Source: Eledone cirrhosa (taxonomy: Eukaryota). Taken from it: a stretch of DNA of 64,000 nucleotides. A program made the translations under genes and the position numbers. This document shows positions 25,479 through 39,780 of the stretch, one piece after another. The DNA lies in contig OZ024743.1 in the NCBI GenBank assembly GCA_964016885.1, positions 162,440,001 through 162,504,000 of the forward strand. Direction: 5' to 3'. Positions within the stretch are counted from its first letter, which is position 1. Every line of letters starts with the position of its first letter. Under the pieces are notes generated by a model. It had not been told where the DNA came from, ran no database searches, and saw nothing but the letters and a program-made list of their open reading frames with translations.

Positions 25479-26330
25479 TTATTAATAATTATCAATTAAG
25501 CTATCATGCAATGCCTGTGCGTGAAGATTTTTTTAAGTGGGGAAAGACTGTGCACTGAGCCAATCCCACTCTCTGAGCGACAGTAGCTATAACCCGAAAA
25601 GAAGAAAAGATCAACATCATCGGTAACTACTGAGCCGCAAGTTTTATATCGGAGTTATCCCAGTTTCCTGAGTTGCCTTCTCCTAGAAGAATGCCCTGAC
25701 AAAGGCTAGAGGTCCTTCACTCCCAGTGGTTTAACCGCGCGATCGGGTATCCAGCCCAATTATTTCTATGTCCCCGCGCATATATACATATATGTATACA
25801 TGCATATACATATACATATACACATATATACACATATATACACATGTATATACATATTTACACACTTTTGGATGGCCGTTGACTCTTATGAGTTCTTCCT
25901 CCCTTTGTCAGCTTTTATTTTTTGTCCTGAAGGGTGTCCAAAATCACCCTCCTCACCAAGTAAACTTGGTGGGGTTGTCGGTTTAGTCGCTGACGACCCG
26001 ACTATGCGACAGGTTATACATACATACATACATACATACATACATACATACATACATACATACATACATACATACATACATACATACATACATACATAAA
26101 ATAAATAAAGATCCATGTATGTATGCCTGATTAACGAAACATTGAACAGTGAATATCTTATTCCAATTTTAACAAGAGATCATATGAGAAATTATAAAAC
26201 AAAGACAGCCGGTAGGAATTGTACTCGTTAATTTTTCAATACTTTCGATATTATATAATATGTAAGATATTTCGAGCTTTAATGAAATCAAAGATTAATG
26301 AAAACATATATGTGAGGCACAGACTGTGTA

Positions 26331-26595
26331 CTCTCGAGTCTCAAATAATTGCCACCACCACTCCGAATTGAATTTTGCTAATCTATCTCCGGCGAAATTT
26401 TATTTTAAGTGGTAGCATTCCTGTGACAATTTTCTTTGACAAAAAAAAAGAACATTACGTTATAAAATAGATAGGATGAATTCGGGTCTTAATATGTAAA
26501 CTAAACGACTAATTCTGGTTTTTAAAAGAAATCAAGGAGACAACCTAGAAAAGTTATCAATTTTCCAAGATCCCCTATTATTTGGGACCCAAGAG
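26331..26595. mobile_element. Tc1/mariner-pogo-type MITE
   Basis: TIRs ctctcgagtctcaaataat / revcomp ctcttgggtcccaaataat (16/19 match), TA on both flanks. Confidence 0.6.
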
Positions 26596-26759
26596 TATGT
26601 GCTAGAATTGAAAACGATCCCAATACTCAGTCACTGAACACTTTTTTGAGTTGTTCTCTCTTTATGAATGGTATTCCAAAATAACACACGCACGCTCGCG
26701 CGCATGCACACGCACACACACACACACACATACACATACACACTCACACGCACACACAC

Positions 26760-27850
26760 TGTGGTATGCTTCAACCTAATAAAGGGATCGGAGTCTTGTT
26801 TCAAACAGGGTCAACGCGTTATGGTGATAAACAATTTCACATGTGCATCAGAAAACCTGATATATGTATTAAGTTGCTCAGGCTATCGAGAGCAATACAT
26901 AGGGCAAACTAAAAACACGTTTTCGTCAGCGTATGACCGTTCATAGATCTCAAATTAAAATACGGGAATGCAGAAAAATAGCAGTGAGTGAACACATTAA
27001 CACCTGCGCGTCTAAAGAACATCCCGACTTCAGAATGTATTCGCCTCTATGAATCTAAATACAACGCAACCCACAATCAACGCAATAGCAAAGAATCATA
27101 CTTTATCACAAAATACGAACCTCGTTTAAATGCATCCACCACACAGTAACCCCAACGGACAAATTAAGAACGACAGTATTTCCTACAGAAATATTAAGAA
27201 AGATATATTTAAAACAATTATTACTTCAGGTCAATTTTAGGTCACTCTACCATTAAGGTCAGTCCCATGGACAACCTCTAGTGCTACTACTACTGCTGCT
27301 ACTACTACTACTATTACTAATAAAAATAATAATAATAATACCACACCTCCCCGTCGTTTCCTTCTACCTCCCTTTCTTCTTTTACGTCTTCTACTTTTCC
27401 TTCTTCCTTTACTACACTCCGGTTATTACTAGTACACCTTCTTCTTCTTCTTCTTCTACTACTACTACTACTACTACTTCTGTTGCTGTTGCTGCTGCTG
27501 CTGCTGCTGCTACTGCTACTGCCATTGAAGTCAGTCAGTCAGTGACAGGGAACAACCCAACTGCTACATTTTGGGCTGCTACTACCATTACATCTCCAAG
27601 GAAGAGACAGGGAGAAAGAGACAAACGAAAATGTGAATTTATATATATGTAAACTATGTTTTCTAATATTCTCTTCTAATTAATATGCACCTTAACTTTA
27701 TTTTATATTTTTTATCATATTTTTTCTAGTATGAAGAAGTCGGAATTTTTATCGACTGAAGCCGGTACTAAAAATTGTTTTAAAAAAAAAGTGTTCTCTG
27801 TTTTTCTATGATAAAATTCTATTAGCATTTTTTACTGTTTTCTTATTTTC

Positions 27851-27855
<5 letters not shown>
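26760..27855 (+). mobile_element. Neptune-type PLE 3' fragment (GIY-YIG remnant)
   Basis: NNFTCASENLIYVLSCSGYREQYIGQTKN; decayed HHR-like atgaaga-gtcg/cgac-tgaagc near 27730; ends at (TA)n. Confidence 0.7.
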
Positions 27856-27899
<44 letters not shown>

Positions 27900-27913
<14 letters not shown>

Positions 27914-29344
27914 CGGAAGATGTCTGTCTGTGTGTGTGTATGATTTTTATGCATCTCCACATTTCTCTACCGATTTTGATGATTTTTTTTCCAATGTGCT
28001 CCAAATTTACCAAGGATGGTCAACGCGTAATAAACTTCGCCAAAGATTTCCTGCTTCTATGAAAAAAAATCGATAAAACTGAATATATGCTGTAACCCTC
28101 TCTCTTACACGCTTATTCACTCTCTCTCTACTACCCAACAGCGACAAAACTTCGTTCAGGAACGCGACATAAACTTTGAAAACTAAGCAACACATCATTT
28201 TATATAACAATAAACATAGTCATAACGCTCTCTCCGTCGCTCCTCCCTCTCTCTATAATAGATCATCCCCTCTCTCTATAATTTAACTGCTTTACTCTCT
28301 TCATGCTTTGAGGTTTAACACACCTCCCTATAGTTTCTTAGCTTTACTCTCTCCGTCGTTCTTCCCTCTCTCTATAATATATTATCCCCCCTCTCTATAC
28401 TGCTTTACTCTCTCTGTCGCTCTTCACTCTCTATATGACAACACTGTTTTACACACCTCCCTATAATTTCTTAGCTTTACTCTCTCTATCGCTCCATATA
28501 ATAGATTATTCCCCCTCTCTATAATTTAACTGCTGGGAAAGTCATTGGAGTTCCGTACTGACATACGGCTTTTCTGGAGTATTTTAAATCGGCTTATTGC
28601 AAATGACAAACCGCAAAATAACACTTCATATAACAGATTAATGCTATAGACATATGAATCGGAATGTTTAAATTATTTATTTGTTACGACTTTCACTGGT
28701 TAAATATTAATATGACAACACCCATAGTGTTGTGCTTCTGTCAATTCTGCCGAATACACTGCCAAGGATGAACCTTTTCCCCTCGGCGTCAGATATCCCG
28801 TTCGATTTCCGGCGATCCCAATTCCCGGTGAGACCATGTTTTGCCATGTCCGTTAACAAGTGACAAGGGCAAACATTGTCGGTGGCGGGCATCCATTTGG
28901 GGGAACCATGCTTCTCCCATGGCCAACTTTATGTTGCCTGTTCCCGCGTAGGGAGCAGGAATGGACTTTCTGCTTACACTCCTCAAGGGATACGCAATAT
29001 CGTCTACAAAGAGGTGCTATAGATGTTGGTGCAGGTGTTGGAGGTGTTGGAGCTATGCCGTCTGGAAAACTATTTCCTGGTAGGGTCACCTATGGCGGAC
29101 TGATCTGACACCCAGCGGCATCAGGGCCACCATCTTGCAACTTTGGTCTGCTAAATTTGCTATTGGAAGATTATTAACCCATCATTGATTGTCCAAAATG
29201 CTAATTGGTTCGTAACTTTTAATAACCGGTTCAACTGATTTATTCACTTAATTGATAAGCTTATTCGCTTTCAAGCCACGTTTGCCTGTATGTAACTTTT
29301 CATAGTAAATGCACAAACCCGAGCAACGCCGGGCTAAACTGCTA

Positions 29345-29345
<1 letters not shown>
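27900..29345 (+). mobile_element. Non-autonomous Helitron with PIF1 helicase C-terminal remnant and CT-rich minisatellite
   Basis: ~28760-29022 reads PFDFRRSQFPVRPCFAMSVNK*QGQTLS...FSHGQLYVACSRVG; 3' hairpin CCCG-agcaacgc-CGGG and CTAG at 29342-29345; 5' tatataa..gtctgtctg motif. Confidence 0.85.
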
Positions 29346-29393
<48 letters not shown>

Positions 29394-29682
29394 GAGAGAG
29401 AGTGAGAGATGGGAAGTTACCAGTTTAAACTAGTAATCAGAGCCCCCTCTCCGAATAGAGCCTCTTCTTCAGAGCTCTTGCTACCTTTTAAGAACGGGAC
29501 CCTGATCATAAACATAATTTTATCTTTTGGAGAGTATGCTTTTAAAAATGTAATTGAAGGCGCTTTTGTGCCAATTCATCAAAATTTCTTTACTTTAGAG
29601 ACACCAGTTAGCGAAAGCATGGAGAGTTGTAGATTATCAATGATGCTGCTTGATGTTTATATATATTTATGTTTGATTATAT

Positions 29683-29812
<130 letters not shown>

Positions 29813-29919
29813 ACACAATAACCATTCCTTTGGTACCGCCATGATTTGACTTCATGACCTATTAGTGGACTGATGTTTTTGAAAAATTTCAAATCTTCCT
29901 CTCTATTCAGTTTCTGCTG

Positions 29920-29976
<57 letters not shown>

Positions 29977-30514
29977 TAGATGATTCAACATAGTGGGAAT
30001 TGAATACATAACAGGTCAGGCTTTCTACACAGAACGGAAATCATACAAGAGACAGGTAACCCTTCATATCTTTATTATATCTCCGTTTTGTCTTTTCGCC
30101 TCTCCTTGTTTTATTTTCACTACTGTTGCTTCCGCTTGTTGCTGCTGCTGTCCCCATCTGTATGGCAAACATTCCATCTTTGTATCTCCCGCCCCCCTCC
30201 TCCCTCTTCCTTTTGCTGCTGCTGTTGATGCTATTTCCACGACTGCCCGAGCAGCCTTCCTTTCTCTCGTCGCTCACTGCCGAGTCGGATGACCCTCTTC
30301 GTTCTCTTCTCTAACGTTGGACAACAGAGATTTGATCCCTGTTGCGCGTTCAATAATTCTAGACTTGTCTAGCCATAACCCCCTCCCGCCTCACGCGAGA
30401 AACTATGTTACGATATTATCTTAATTATAATATAGTAAGAAGTGCGGGACTGCGTACGGTTCATTTCTTTTAATCCAGTTAGTAAAATAAGTTGGATTAC
30501 TTTGAATAAATAAT

Positions 30515-30698
30515 TGTTTCTACTTTAGGCACAAGGCCAGCAATTACCCAGTGCATTACTGGTACTTTATTTTATCGACCCCGTAAGGATGAAAGGCAAA
30601 GTCAACCTCGGCGGGATTTGAACTCAGATCGTAAAGGGACGTAACTATGCTGGAAAGCATGGCGTCCGACCCTCTACCGATACTACCAATCTACCGCC
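30515..30698 (-). mobile_element. tRNA-derived SINE, full length with TSD
   Basis: Same family as 16866; TSD tttgaataaataat at 30501-30514/30699-30712. Confidence 0.9.
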
Positions 30699-31169
30699 TT
30701 TGAATAAATAATGAATGAATATTACATAATTTATGTACTAAATTTCGTAATTTTTTATTAAATAATTTCATTGCTTATTTAAAATTGACTTCTTTTCAAA
30801 GTTTCAAATTTCTACACTTCCGGTATATCGTTGCCACCATCACCACTTCAACTACCATATATATAGAAAGAGAGAGTGTGTGATGAGAGAGATACAGAAA
30901 GATAGAATGATTTTCAACACGCTGACGCGTATGTGTGTGTATGTGCACATACATACATCTATATGTATGAGTATATAACTATAATCACGCAAACACAAAT
31001 TTATAAAATAATACACGCTCGCGGACATACATTCACACAAATACACATACTTTCACACATATACATTTACACAAACACACATTCACACATATACATTTAC
31101 ACAAACACACACATACAGTAATGGTAGCAGTGTTCGAATTATTGGAAATGGGAGGGTAAAACAAGTATA

Positions 31170-31878
31170 ACGTTTTATTTATTTATTAACAACACAGTTT
31201 AACTCTTTTTTTTTTAAACTCATTTGTATAAACATTTAATATAATGGTTACAGAACGAAAACACTAACAAATATAATATATACAAAGGAAAAGGAAAGGA
31301 AAAAAAGAAAGAGAAAAAATACACAAGCACGTAATACATACATCTTAGACCACATAGAACAAAATGCAGGCGAAAGAGTGGCCAAACGAGATGCTACCAG
31401 AGCAAAAGATAGCAATATAGCGAGGAGCACTGGGAAACATCTCTAATAATTTTTGAAGCAAGCCAGCGTTACCTGGGGTGATGGCGAGGCTAAGGTGCTG
31501 GAACAACCAAGTGCCCTCACGAGCATCACCAGTTACCTCTGTTTGGCGAGTCGCCAGTGAAGATAAAAACCTCGCTGTCAGTAGCTCGACTGCCCCAAAC
31601 GTCTGGAACGCCACAGGCTGGATAAAGTAGTTAGCTGACAGAACACGATATTTTAGGATTTTGTTCCATTCAGTTGCGGATGCTGTAGCTCTCGCCCTTA
31701 CCGCTGCATCCAGGATGTGGGAAGAAGCAAAAGAGTCACTAACTGTGACGTCCCAGGTAAGACACCTGCCTCTTGACCAGGTGCACAGAGTAAGATCGTG
31801 AAGTCTTTTTCCATCAATTCTGGACAACCCAGACGGTTTCAAAATTAAGGGGATGTTTGTCCGGGCCAAAGCTCTTAA
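31170..31878 (-). mobile_element. CRE-like RLE LINE 3' fragment
   Basis: PSGLSRIDGKRLHDLTLCTWSRGRCLTWDVTV...K..KY..L...QPVAFQTFGA (decayed RPDG-type endonuclease); T-rich 3' UTR with aataaa repeats. Confidence 0.75.
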
Positions 31879-32059
31879 GTGGTAATAGGACAGCGTGTGT
31901 ATGTGCGCGCGCGTGATTTTGTCGGCGTTCTTAAATTAGAGACATATGTGTGTGCGTGTCACTGTTTTAAAGTTAGACATATATGTGTGTATCCCTTTCC
32001 TTCCTTTTACACACACATACATTCACACAAACACACATACATATTGTGTGATGGACGAG

Positions 32060-32720
32060 TGGGCAGAAGTCCCTCAAATTTGTATACATGTGAATGGAGT
32101 TCTACAGAAGCAGGTAGATAAGTTCAAGTATCTTGGAGCCGTGTTCATGAGTGATGGAATGGAGGAGGCTGAATTAAGTGCAAGAATTGCAAAAGCTGAA
32201 GCAGTAATGCTCCAGCCTCAGCATTCAGCAATCAGAAGGGGGTAGGTGTAAAAGCCAAACTCGCTGTCTTCCTGGTATTCCTGCCAACTCTTACCGAGGA
32301 TCATGAATCTTGAGTAATGACCAAAAGAATACAATTACAAATAAAAGTGGCAGAAATGGGATTCCTCCGAAGGGTCTTTGGAGTAACGTTACTCTGTAAA
32401 GTGCATAGAGAGTCTCTCCTGGTAGAGCCGCTACTTCTCCGAATTGAGAGATCACAACTCCGATATTATGAGCATGTGGTTAGAATGTCTCAGTAAAGAA
32501 TCGCTGGACACATTTTACAGGCAAAACCAACCGACAAGAGACCCAGAGGGAGACCCTAAGCAAGATAGTTGGATAACATTCGTGAGTTTGGCTGGTCACG
32601 CTTTGGGATCCAGCTGGATCAGTTAGAGATGTTTGCTTCTGACAGACTCGCTGGAAGGAGTGTTTGAGAAGGACTCTTCCCCCACGACCCTCTCAGAATA
32701 AGTGGGCGAAGAAGAAGATA
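32060..32720 (+). mobile_element. RTE-clade (Rex3/Expander-like) LINE 3' fragment
   Basis: QVDKFKYLGAVF..RIAKA, AEMGFLRRVFGVT, LRIERSQLR, RPRGRP; (GAA)n tail. Confidence 0.85.
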
Positions 32721-32940
32721 TTGTCAATTTACTTTTCAATGTACATATATATATTTGCGTATAATACCAATATCGACACTACATATGCTAGCAGAAAACC
32801 GCTCGCGCGCGGTTTTTCTGCTAGTATCGTTAATTGTTGATAGGGGGCTGACGATCCAAATACGTTAGGTACCTTGTTCTTCTTAATCTATCACTCCATA
32901 TTTATATCCATGTCCCCATCATTCTGATCGATTTTTCTCC

Positions 32941-33015
<75 letters not shown>

Positions 33016-33275
33016 ACAACTCCTTCTTTTCTCATCTTTTTTCTCTCCATCTCTATTTCTCTATAACCCCCTCATCTCTCATTCTCTCTCTCTCGCTCTC
33101 TCTCTCTCTCACGCTCTTCGTTCTATTCGTGGTTATATCTTAATCCCAACAAATGTTACTATGCAAATAGTATACAGCTGATAACGGCTACCTTTCGCGC
33201 TGAGAATACTCTAATTTTACGAATATATGTGTGTGTTGTGTGTGTGTATGTGTGGGTGTGTGTCTGCGCGTGCGT

Positions 33276-33317
<42 letters not shown>

Positions 33318-33945
33318 ATGCGTGTGTGTGTGCATGCGTGTGTGTGTGTGGGTGTATGTGTGTTGTTATAAGAGCCCCTTCCCCACCAAGGTCTAAATCT
33401 GGTCATGAAAAACTTGGAGGTTTGTTGTGTATTTTAATTTTTTTGTGTATGACCCCCCCCCCTCCCTAAAAAACGTTAAGTGCCTCGGGCCCCCAATTTC
33501 TAAATCCAGCCCCATTAGTAAGATCATTGCTCAGCTAAGTACTCCATACTTGGAAAGTAGAGTGTAGGTGTTGAAAAGAGTTAGTGCTCGATGGCTGAGC
33601 TCTTGCTATGTCAACGGCGAATGAATAACTTTCACTTTCAGCTCATTCCTAATCCTGTCTCTTGAGGGCCCGGGGGGGTCTTAATTTGATTGATGTGTAG
33701 GATAAGTGGAGAAATGGGTGAAGTAGTTGTTGGGGGGTGAGGATGAAAGTTATGGAGTAAACGTTTTTTGAAGTCCTTTTGCTGACCGTCTCAATTGGGG
33801 TGACTGGAAGTCATGAAGAATTTGCCTGTTAGCAGGTATATGGTGTCTGTGCGTCTGTGTTGGAACTTTCATTTATGGATTATTTTCCCCTCCTAGTTGT
33901 GTGTGTGTGTGTGGTATGGTTGTGCTGTGCGTACGTGCCCGTTTT

Positions 33946-33999
<54 letters not shown>

Positions 34000-34032
34000 A
34001 TAGTAGTAGTAGTAGTAGTAGCAGCAGCAGTA
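33946..34032. repeat. (TAG)n microsatellite
   Basis: Direct reading. Confidence 0.9.
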
Positions 34033-35239
34033 GTGTGTTCGCTGTGTGCGACTGGGGGAATGCTTTTGCCGTCTTGTCCGCGGAGTGCAGCACTCATCCC
34101 CCTTGCCCTAGGCCCAAAGCCCAATCAAACTCCCCCTCACCCCCTCTCATCTGCGACGCCAAAGCTCTTGCCATCCCCTCCCTTTCCCGTTCTTTTTCTT
34201 CTTTCTTTCTTTCTTTTTTTTTTCTATATTTCCCTATTCTTTCTTTCCTTGTGTGTCCCTTTTTTTATTTTTTCTTACTAAATAAGGTTTTTTTTTTTTT
34301 TGTTATTAACTTCCTTCTATTTCATTTAAACCTCGAAACCTTAACCTGTACCTGGCAAATAAATCTCCTCTTACATGACAGATAATTAAAATCAGTGTGG
34401 TAGATATGATTAATATTGGTGGAGAAACAAAGAGTAAGGCTGCCGATGATAGCGACGACGACGACGACGACGAAGAAGAAAACGTCGGGGTGACATTAGC
34501 GGCGGCGACCTCGATGACAGCTCCGGCAATGGAAACAACAACGATGGCGAGGGTGATGGTGGAGTCACGAGATTCAGGTTCTCGACGGCGAGATCAAGGT
34601 TGTAATGCTTCTTTTCTTTTAGTGTGTTGTTATGGGTTTGTTGTTTACTTTTAATTTGTGTGTGTGTGTGTATGTGTGTGTGTGGGTGTGTGTGTGGGTG
34701 TGTGTGTGGGTGTGTGTGGGTGGGTGCGCGCGCCTGTGTGTGTGTGTGCGCGCGCCTGCATGTGTGTGCGCGTGCCTGCATGTGTGTGTGTGCGCGTGCA
34801 TGTGCGTGTGTGTGCGCGTGCATCTGCGTGTGTGCGCGCGTGCATGTGTGTGTGTGTGTGCGCGTGCATGTCTGTGTGTGCGCGCGTGCATGTGTGTGTG
34901 TGTGTGTGTGCGCGTGCGTGCGTGTGCGTGTGCATGTGTATGTGTGTGTGTGTGTGTGTAAACATTAAAGTAAACATTAGTGATTTGTTTTTTGCCGTCA
35001 ACATATGACACACATATTTATACAGACATGTATATATGGGAGATTGGACAATGAAACTGAGAACATCAGTCTATCTACCTGTCTGTCTATTAATGTATCT
35101 ATCTACCTGTCTACTTCTTTGCCTGTATTTCTATCAATCTATCTATCCGTCGGTTTATATGTCTCTATCTTTTTATCTTTCTACTTATCTATCTAGTTAT
35201 CTATCTACCTAAATATATCTATCTACTTACCTATTTATT

Positions 35240-35303
35240 TACATACATGCATACATACATACATACATACATACATACATACATACAGACATACATACAT
35301 ACA

Positions 35304-35334
<31 letters not shown>

Positions 35335-35740
35335 GCAGGCGCGCGCACACACACACACAACAACCTTGCCACCAGGAAGGTGGCCGGTCAAAAAAGTATA
35401 CTCGAAATTAAGAGAAAGAGATAACATACATACATACATGCATACATACATACATACATACATACATACATACATACATACATACATACATACATACGTA
35501 CGTACGTACGTACGTACGTACGTACATACATACATACATACATACATACATACATACATACATACATACATACATACATACATACATACATACATACATA
35601 CATACGTACGTACGTACATACATACATACAGACATACATACATACATTCATACGTACAGACATACATACATACATACATACATACATACATACATACATA
35701 CATACATACATACATACATACATACATACATACATACATA
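35240..35740 (+). repeat. (CATA)n array containing a 65-bp R4/Dong-like 3' end (35360-35425)
   Basis: caaccttgccaccaggaaggtggccggtc...agagaaagagataa(cata)n matches 25103-25165. Confidence 0.85.
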
Positions 35741-36532
35741 CCTGTCAAACTCTCCGTCTGTCTGACTACAGCAATCTATTTATGAATATTTACCAATTTA
35801 CCTATATTTGGTAGCAGCGGGAATAGAAGCGACGGTGGGGGAGGAGACCGGGAGCATTGGCGGGGTAGAGGGGGCGGTTGGAGTAGCATGGGTGCTGAGG
35901 GCAAGGTATTATTGATAGCGACGACTGTGGTGACTGTGATTGTAGTTATGAGATTGCCTGTGGTGTTGGGGAGGTCGCTGTCGTGTTGGAAGTACAGTGG
36001 TATAAGTGTTGATGGTAATTGTATTGTTGATAATAACAGTGATGATTGTGATGATGTTTGTATAAATTTTATTCACAGTTGTATAAATATCGTTACAAAT
36101 TATTTATAATTCTTACAGAATGAAAATATAAACACAAATAATATGTACAATTAATTATTGCTAAGGAGCCTTATAAATATAATATACTAAAATATATAAA
36201 CAAAGCGAGAGAAAAATACTGTGATAATGCATGTGGTGGGTCGTGGTATTGGCAGTGGATTGAATGAAGGATGTTGGTGGAGATGGAGTAGTAGTGGTGG
36301 AGATAGGGATAATGAGTTACGTGGGGTGAGAAAATTGCTGATAATGACAGCACTAGTTGGATGGTGGTTGTGGTAAATAAAGAAAGACAAAATAAAGAAA
36401 GATATATGACTGGAGAGAGGAAGAGAAGAGTTAAGTAGCTAATGGAAAGAGTGGAGAAATTAAACTGAAATGAAGGTTAAGTGTGGGTGTAATGTGGGCG
36501 ACTTGCAACTAGAGTAATTTTGATGTGTGGGT

Positions 36533-36773
36533 GAAGAAGAAGAAGAAGAAGAAGAAGAAGAAGAAGAAGAAGAAGAAGAAGAAGAAGAAGAAGAAGAAGA
36601 AGAGCATGTGATGATGAGAAGAGGGGGAGGGGAGGAAATGTGAAACGGCAGGAAAGTGCTGCGACGTGAAATGTTATGAAATGTGACGCTGAATCGTTGG
36701 AATTAAAATCGATGATAAAAAGGTGACCTTGATAGGATAATGTTCGTAGTATACTGTGATTGGGAATAAAGGA

Positions 36774-36805
<32 letters not shown>

Positions 36806-36849
36806 GGTGGTGGTGGTGGTGGTGATGGTAATGATGATGATGATGGTGA

Positions 36850-36883
<34 letters not shown>

Positions 36884-36940
36884 GGTGGTGGTGGTGGTGG
36901 TGGTGGTGGTGGTGGTGGTGATGATGATGGTGATGATGGG
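36533..36940. repeat. (GAA)n and (ATG/GTG)n trinucleotide tracts
   Basis: Direct reading. Confidence 0.9.
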
Positions 36941-36979
36941 GAGGAGGAGGTGGATTGTTGTTCTGTCACAGCACTTTAC

Positions 36980-37815
36980 CAACTGGACAACGTGATAGGA
37001 GGCCGAAAACATGGCTTACTTTCTACAGGGAAGTGGAAGTTATAAGTGACGATGGCATGGGAGCGACTTTGGACGTCAATAAAGACAGTCTGAGCAGACT
37101 ACTGGAGGACTTTCAGAAGATTGTGGACAATTTACAAATATCTTGAATATGGCAGTGTTATAAAGAGGTATGACCAGTTTGAAACAAGCTCTAAAGGCTA
37201 CGAAGTACCAACAGCCCTATCTATAATGAAAATTGAACCCCCATCTTCCTTTAGGAGGGAAACTCGGCAAGTCTTCCTCGGCCTGGTAACTATGACGAAA
37301 GAAGCTGAATGGTAGACACGTCTAAAAGGTCTGAGGAGAGGAATCTTCCTCTCCGGCGAGACTCTCATCAACTTCTTCTTCAAGTACCACTTGAAGAGGA
37401 AGGTGAGAGTAGAGGGCGAGTTGTTGCCTTCTGTTGTGTTTTATGAAAGATGGATGAATGCGGCGAGATTGACAAAGGTGGATGGGCCTATAATGGCGAT
37501 GCTTTTTTAAGCAAGAGGAAACAAACCGGGAGAGAGCAATTTCAGAGCCCGTGAGACAACATAGTATTCCATGATGTTTCCCTAAAATTACCCTAAATTG
37601 GAATCCTCTGCAGTTGGAGAACTGTATCTAGTTGACATTATTTTGTACTATTAAGACTATTTATTACAATGATTATTATTGTTATATCTACTGTTTTCCA
37701 TTTTTTATGTAAACCCAACGCTGCGTTATTTTCCGTTGTGTTTTTTTTTTGGGGGGGGGGGGTTCCCGTGTATTGTCACCAATGTCCTATGACCTTGTGA
37801 CCTATAAAAAAATTT
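36980..37815 (+). mobile_element. L1/Tx1-like LINE 3' fragment
   Basis: IEPPSSFRRETRQVFLGLVTMTKEAEW*TRLKGL...LINFFFKYHLKRKVRVE, similar to the C-termini at 39300-39530 and 40050-40270. Confidence 0.7.
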
Positions 37816-37824
37816 TTTATTTTT

Positions 37825-39262
37825 ATAATCATGTTATCATTGTTGTTGTGTTATTTCGTTTAGCTTAGTTCTTTTTCTCTATTGCCGGGTTCAGACCTTG
37901 AACCTAGGGCAATAGATGTTTTCATTGTAGAGAGAGAACTCGTCAGAGAATATGTGCTGTTCCTAGTAGCCCGATCTCCTGTAGCTCATATTTGCTGATC
38001 TTGCGGGGAAGGAGGCTAAGGTGCAGGTCTGATGATCTGGGTATTAATCCTAATGCTCCTATTACTACAGGGATAGGGTTTGTGGTCATCTTTCATATGC
38101 GGTTAATCTCTATTTCCAGGTCTTTGTATATTGACAGTTTTTTCATTGTTTTTATAGATGAATTCTAGTCAGTTGGTACGGAAATATCTATAAGGCTACA
38201 CGTCCAATCTGTTTTGTTTTTTATGATGATATCTGGTCTGTTGGCAGCGATCTCTCGGTCGGTTATCACAGGCATATCCCACAAGATGCCCTTTTCCAAG
38301 ACTGATTTTGGTAGATGTTCATACCAGATGTTCAAACTTTGTCAGAAGTTTGGATGTCATGAGAGCGGCAGAGCATCCAGTGCACATATTTGGCAATGCG
38401 GTTGTATCTTTCGATATAGTCAGTTTTTACCAGCTCTGGACACCCGGAGATAACATGATCTACTGTTTCTTCATGTTTGTAGCATATTCTACATAGAGGG
38501 CTAGTCCCATCTTTCACTATTCTGTGCCTATGGGCCTGAATGTTTAGAGATTGGTCTTGTACAGCAACTAAAAGACCCTCAGTCTCTGCTTTCAAACCAG
38601 TACTCTGAGCAAGGATAGTTAGCCACGCTGATCGATATAATTGTCAGAAAGTCGTTCTGGGAATCTACCATGTAGTTTGCCTTCCATTCACGGTTTAGTT
38701 CCTCTGTTTGGAGTTTCTTTGCTTTGATCTTCAGAGTCATAGCAAGCTGTGCAGCACTCTGTTGTTGATTTTCTATGGGTATCCAATCCAATGGTTTCTG
38801 TTTTGTATGCTGCTTCCAATTGTCGGAACCCCCGTCTAACTTCTCTCCTTGAGATATACAACCTGTGTACATTGGCTTTAGAGTGGTGCATTTTTTCCGT
38901 TGTCAGTAGTTTCCTTGTCTTAGTGCCTAACCTTTGTAGTTCTTGCAGGTTTCGGTTTATGGTGTTAAAGATGTATGTTACCACTGGTACTGCTAGACTG
39001 TTAATGGCTTTGAACTTGTTGCAGAAGTTTAGCTCACTTTTTGTTACCAGTCTCACTCTCCTTATGTAATCCTTCCGTATCTTTCCCTACATACTTGCGC
39101 GCTGGATTCCATATCTTTCATTAATTCCAAGATATTTGTAGAACTCTTCATTGTTAAGTTCCTTTATGGTGGTTTGTTGGTCTATGCACACCTGTCCAGT
39201 CCAAATTCCATATGGATGTCAACACTGAATTGTTTCACTGTGTGCAGTAAACCTTCTCAGAG
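37825..39262 (-). mobile_element. R4/Dong-like RLE LINE fragment (RT C-terminus + zinc knuckle + RLE)
   Basis: FYKYLGINE, NKFKAINSLAVPVVTY, RLYISRREVRRG, ETEGLLVAVQDQSL, CRICYKHEETVDHVISGC, NRPDIII; stem-loop in the 3' UTR. Confidence 0.85.
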
Positions 39263-39780
39263 CAGACCCATTCACTCGGGCCATGCTTGCCTCTCTAACC
39301 CATCTGTCAACAAATTGCTGGGAAGAGAGCACTTTGATTTTCCTTTTCAAATGAAATTTGAAAAAATTAATCAGGGCATCACCGAAGAGGTAAGTGCTCG
39401 TCTTCAGCCCTTTCAAATGCGTCCACCACACGATCTCTTTCGCCATGGCCCCCGGGCAGATAAAAAATGCCTGCCCTTCCTGGCTAAAAGAAGGCGGCGG
39501 GCCAATCCTCGCGATGGACTCAGCTGATAGCCGGATCCGTCCTACACGCGATAGCTGGTATTTGACATAAACCCACAAGTCAACAATGCTCGGACGAGTG
39601 CGTTCAGGACGGTTTCGTCACTTTGCACGCATCTCGGACAGGCCTGTAGATTTATCCCGAACTGGCAAAGCTCCCGGTAGCACTGCCAGGCCAGGGATTT
39701 TTGGAAGTTGTCCATGTGCCCTGGCCCGAAAGTTCTCCCACAAGGGCCGACATATAGGGGACAATACAATAGACGGGGAC
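39262..39780 (-). mobile_element. L1/Tx1-like ORF2 C-terminal fragment
   Basis: GPGHMDNFQKSLAWQCYR...CPRCVQSDETVLNAL, EIVWWTHLKG. Confidence 0.8.

Noticed and set aside
28853-29108. Listed ORFs as a captured host gene in the Helitron
   Set aside because: Another plus-strand frame is clearly the Helitron's own PIF1 helicase C-terminus.
33372-33512. MITE-like ends (ctaaatccagccc / ctaaatctggtc; also near 48445)
   Set aside because: Only single, same-orientation ends were seen; no paired TIR or TSD could be established.
33520-33880. Possible minus-strand coding fragment
   Set aside because: Stops in the frames examined and no recognisable motif.
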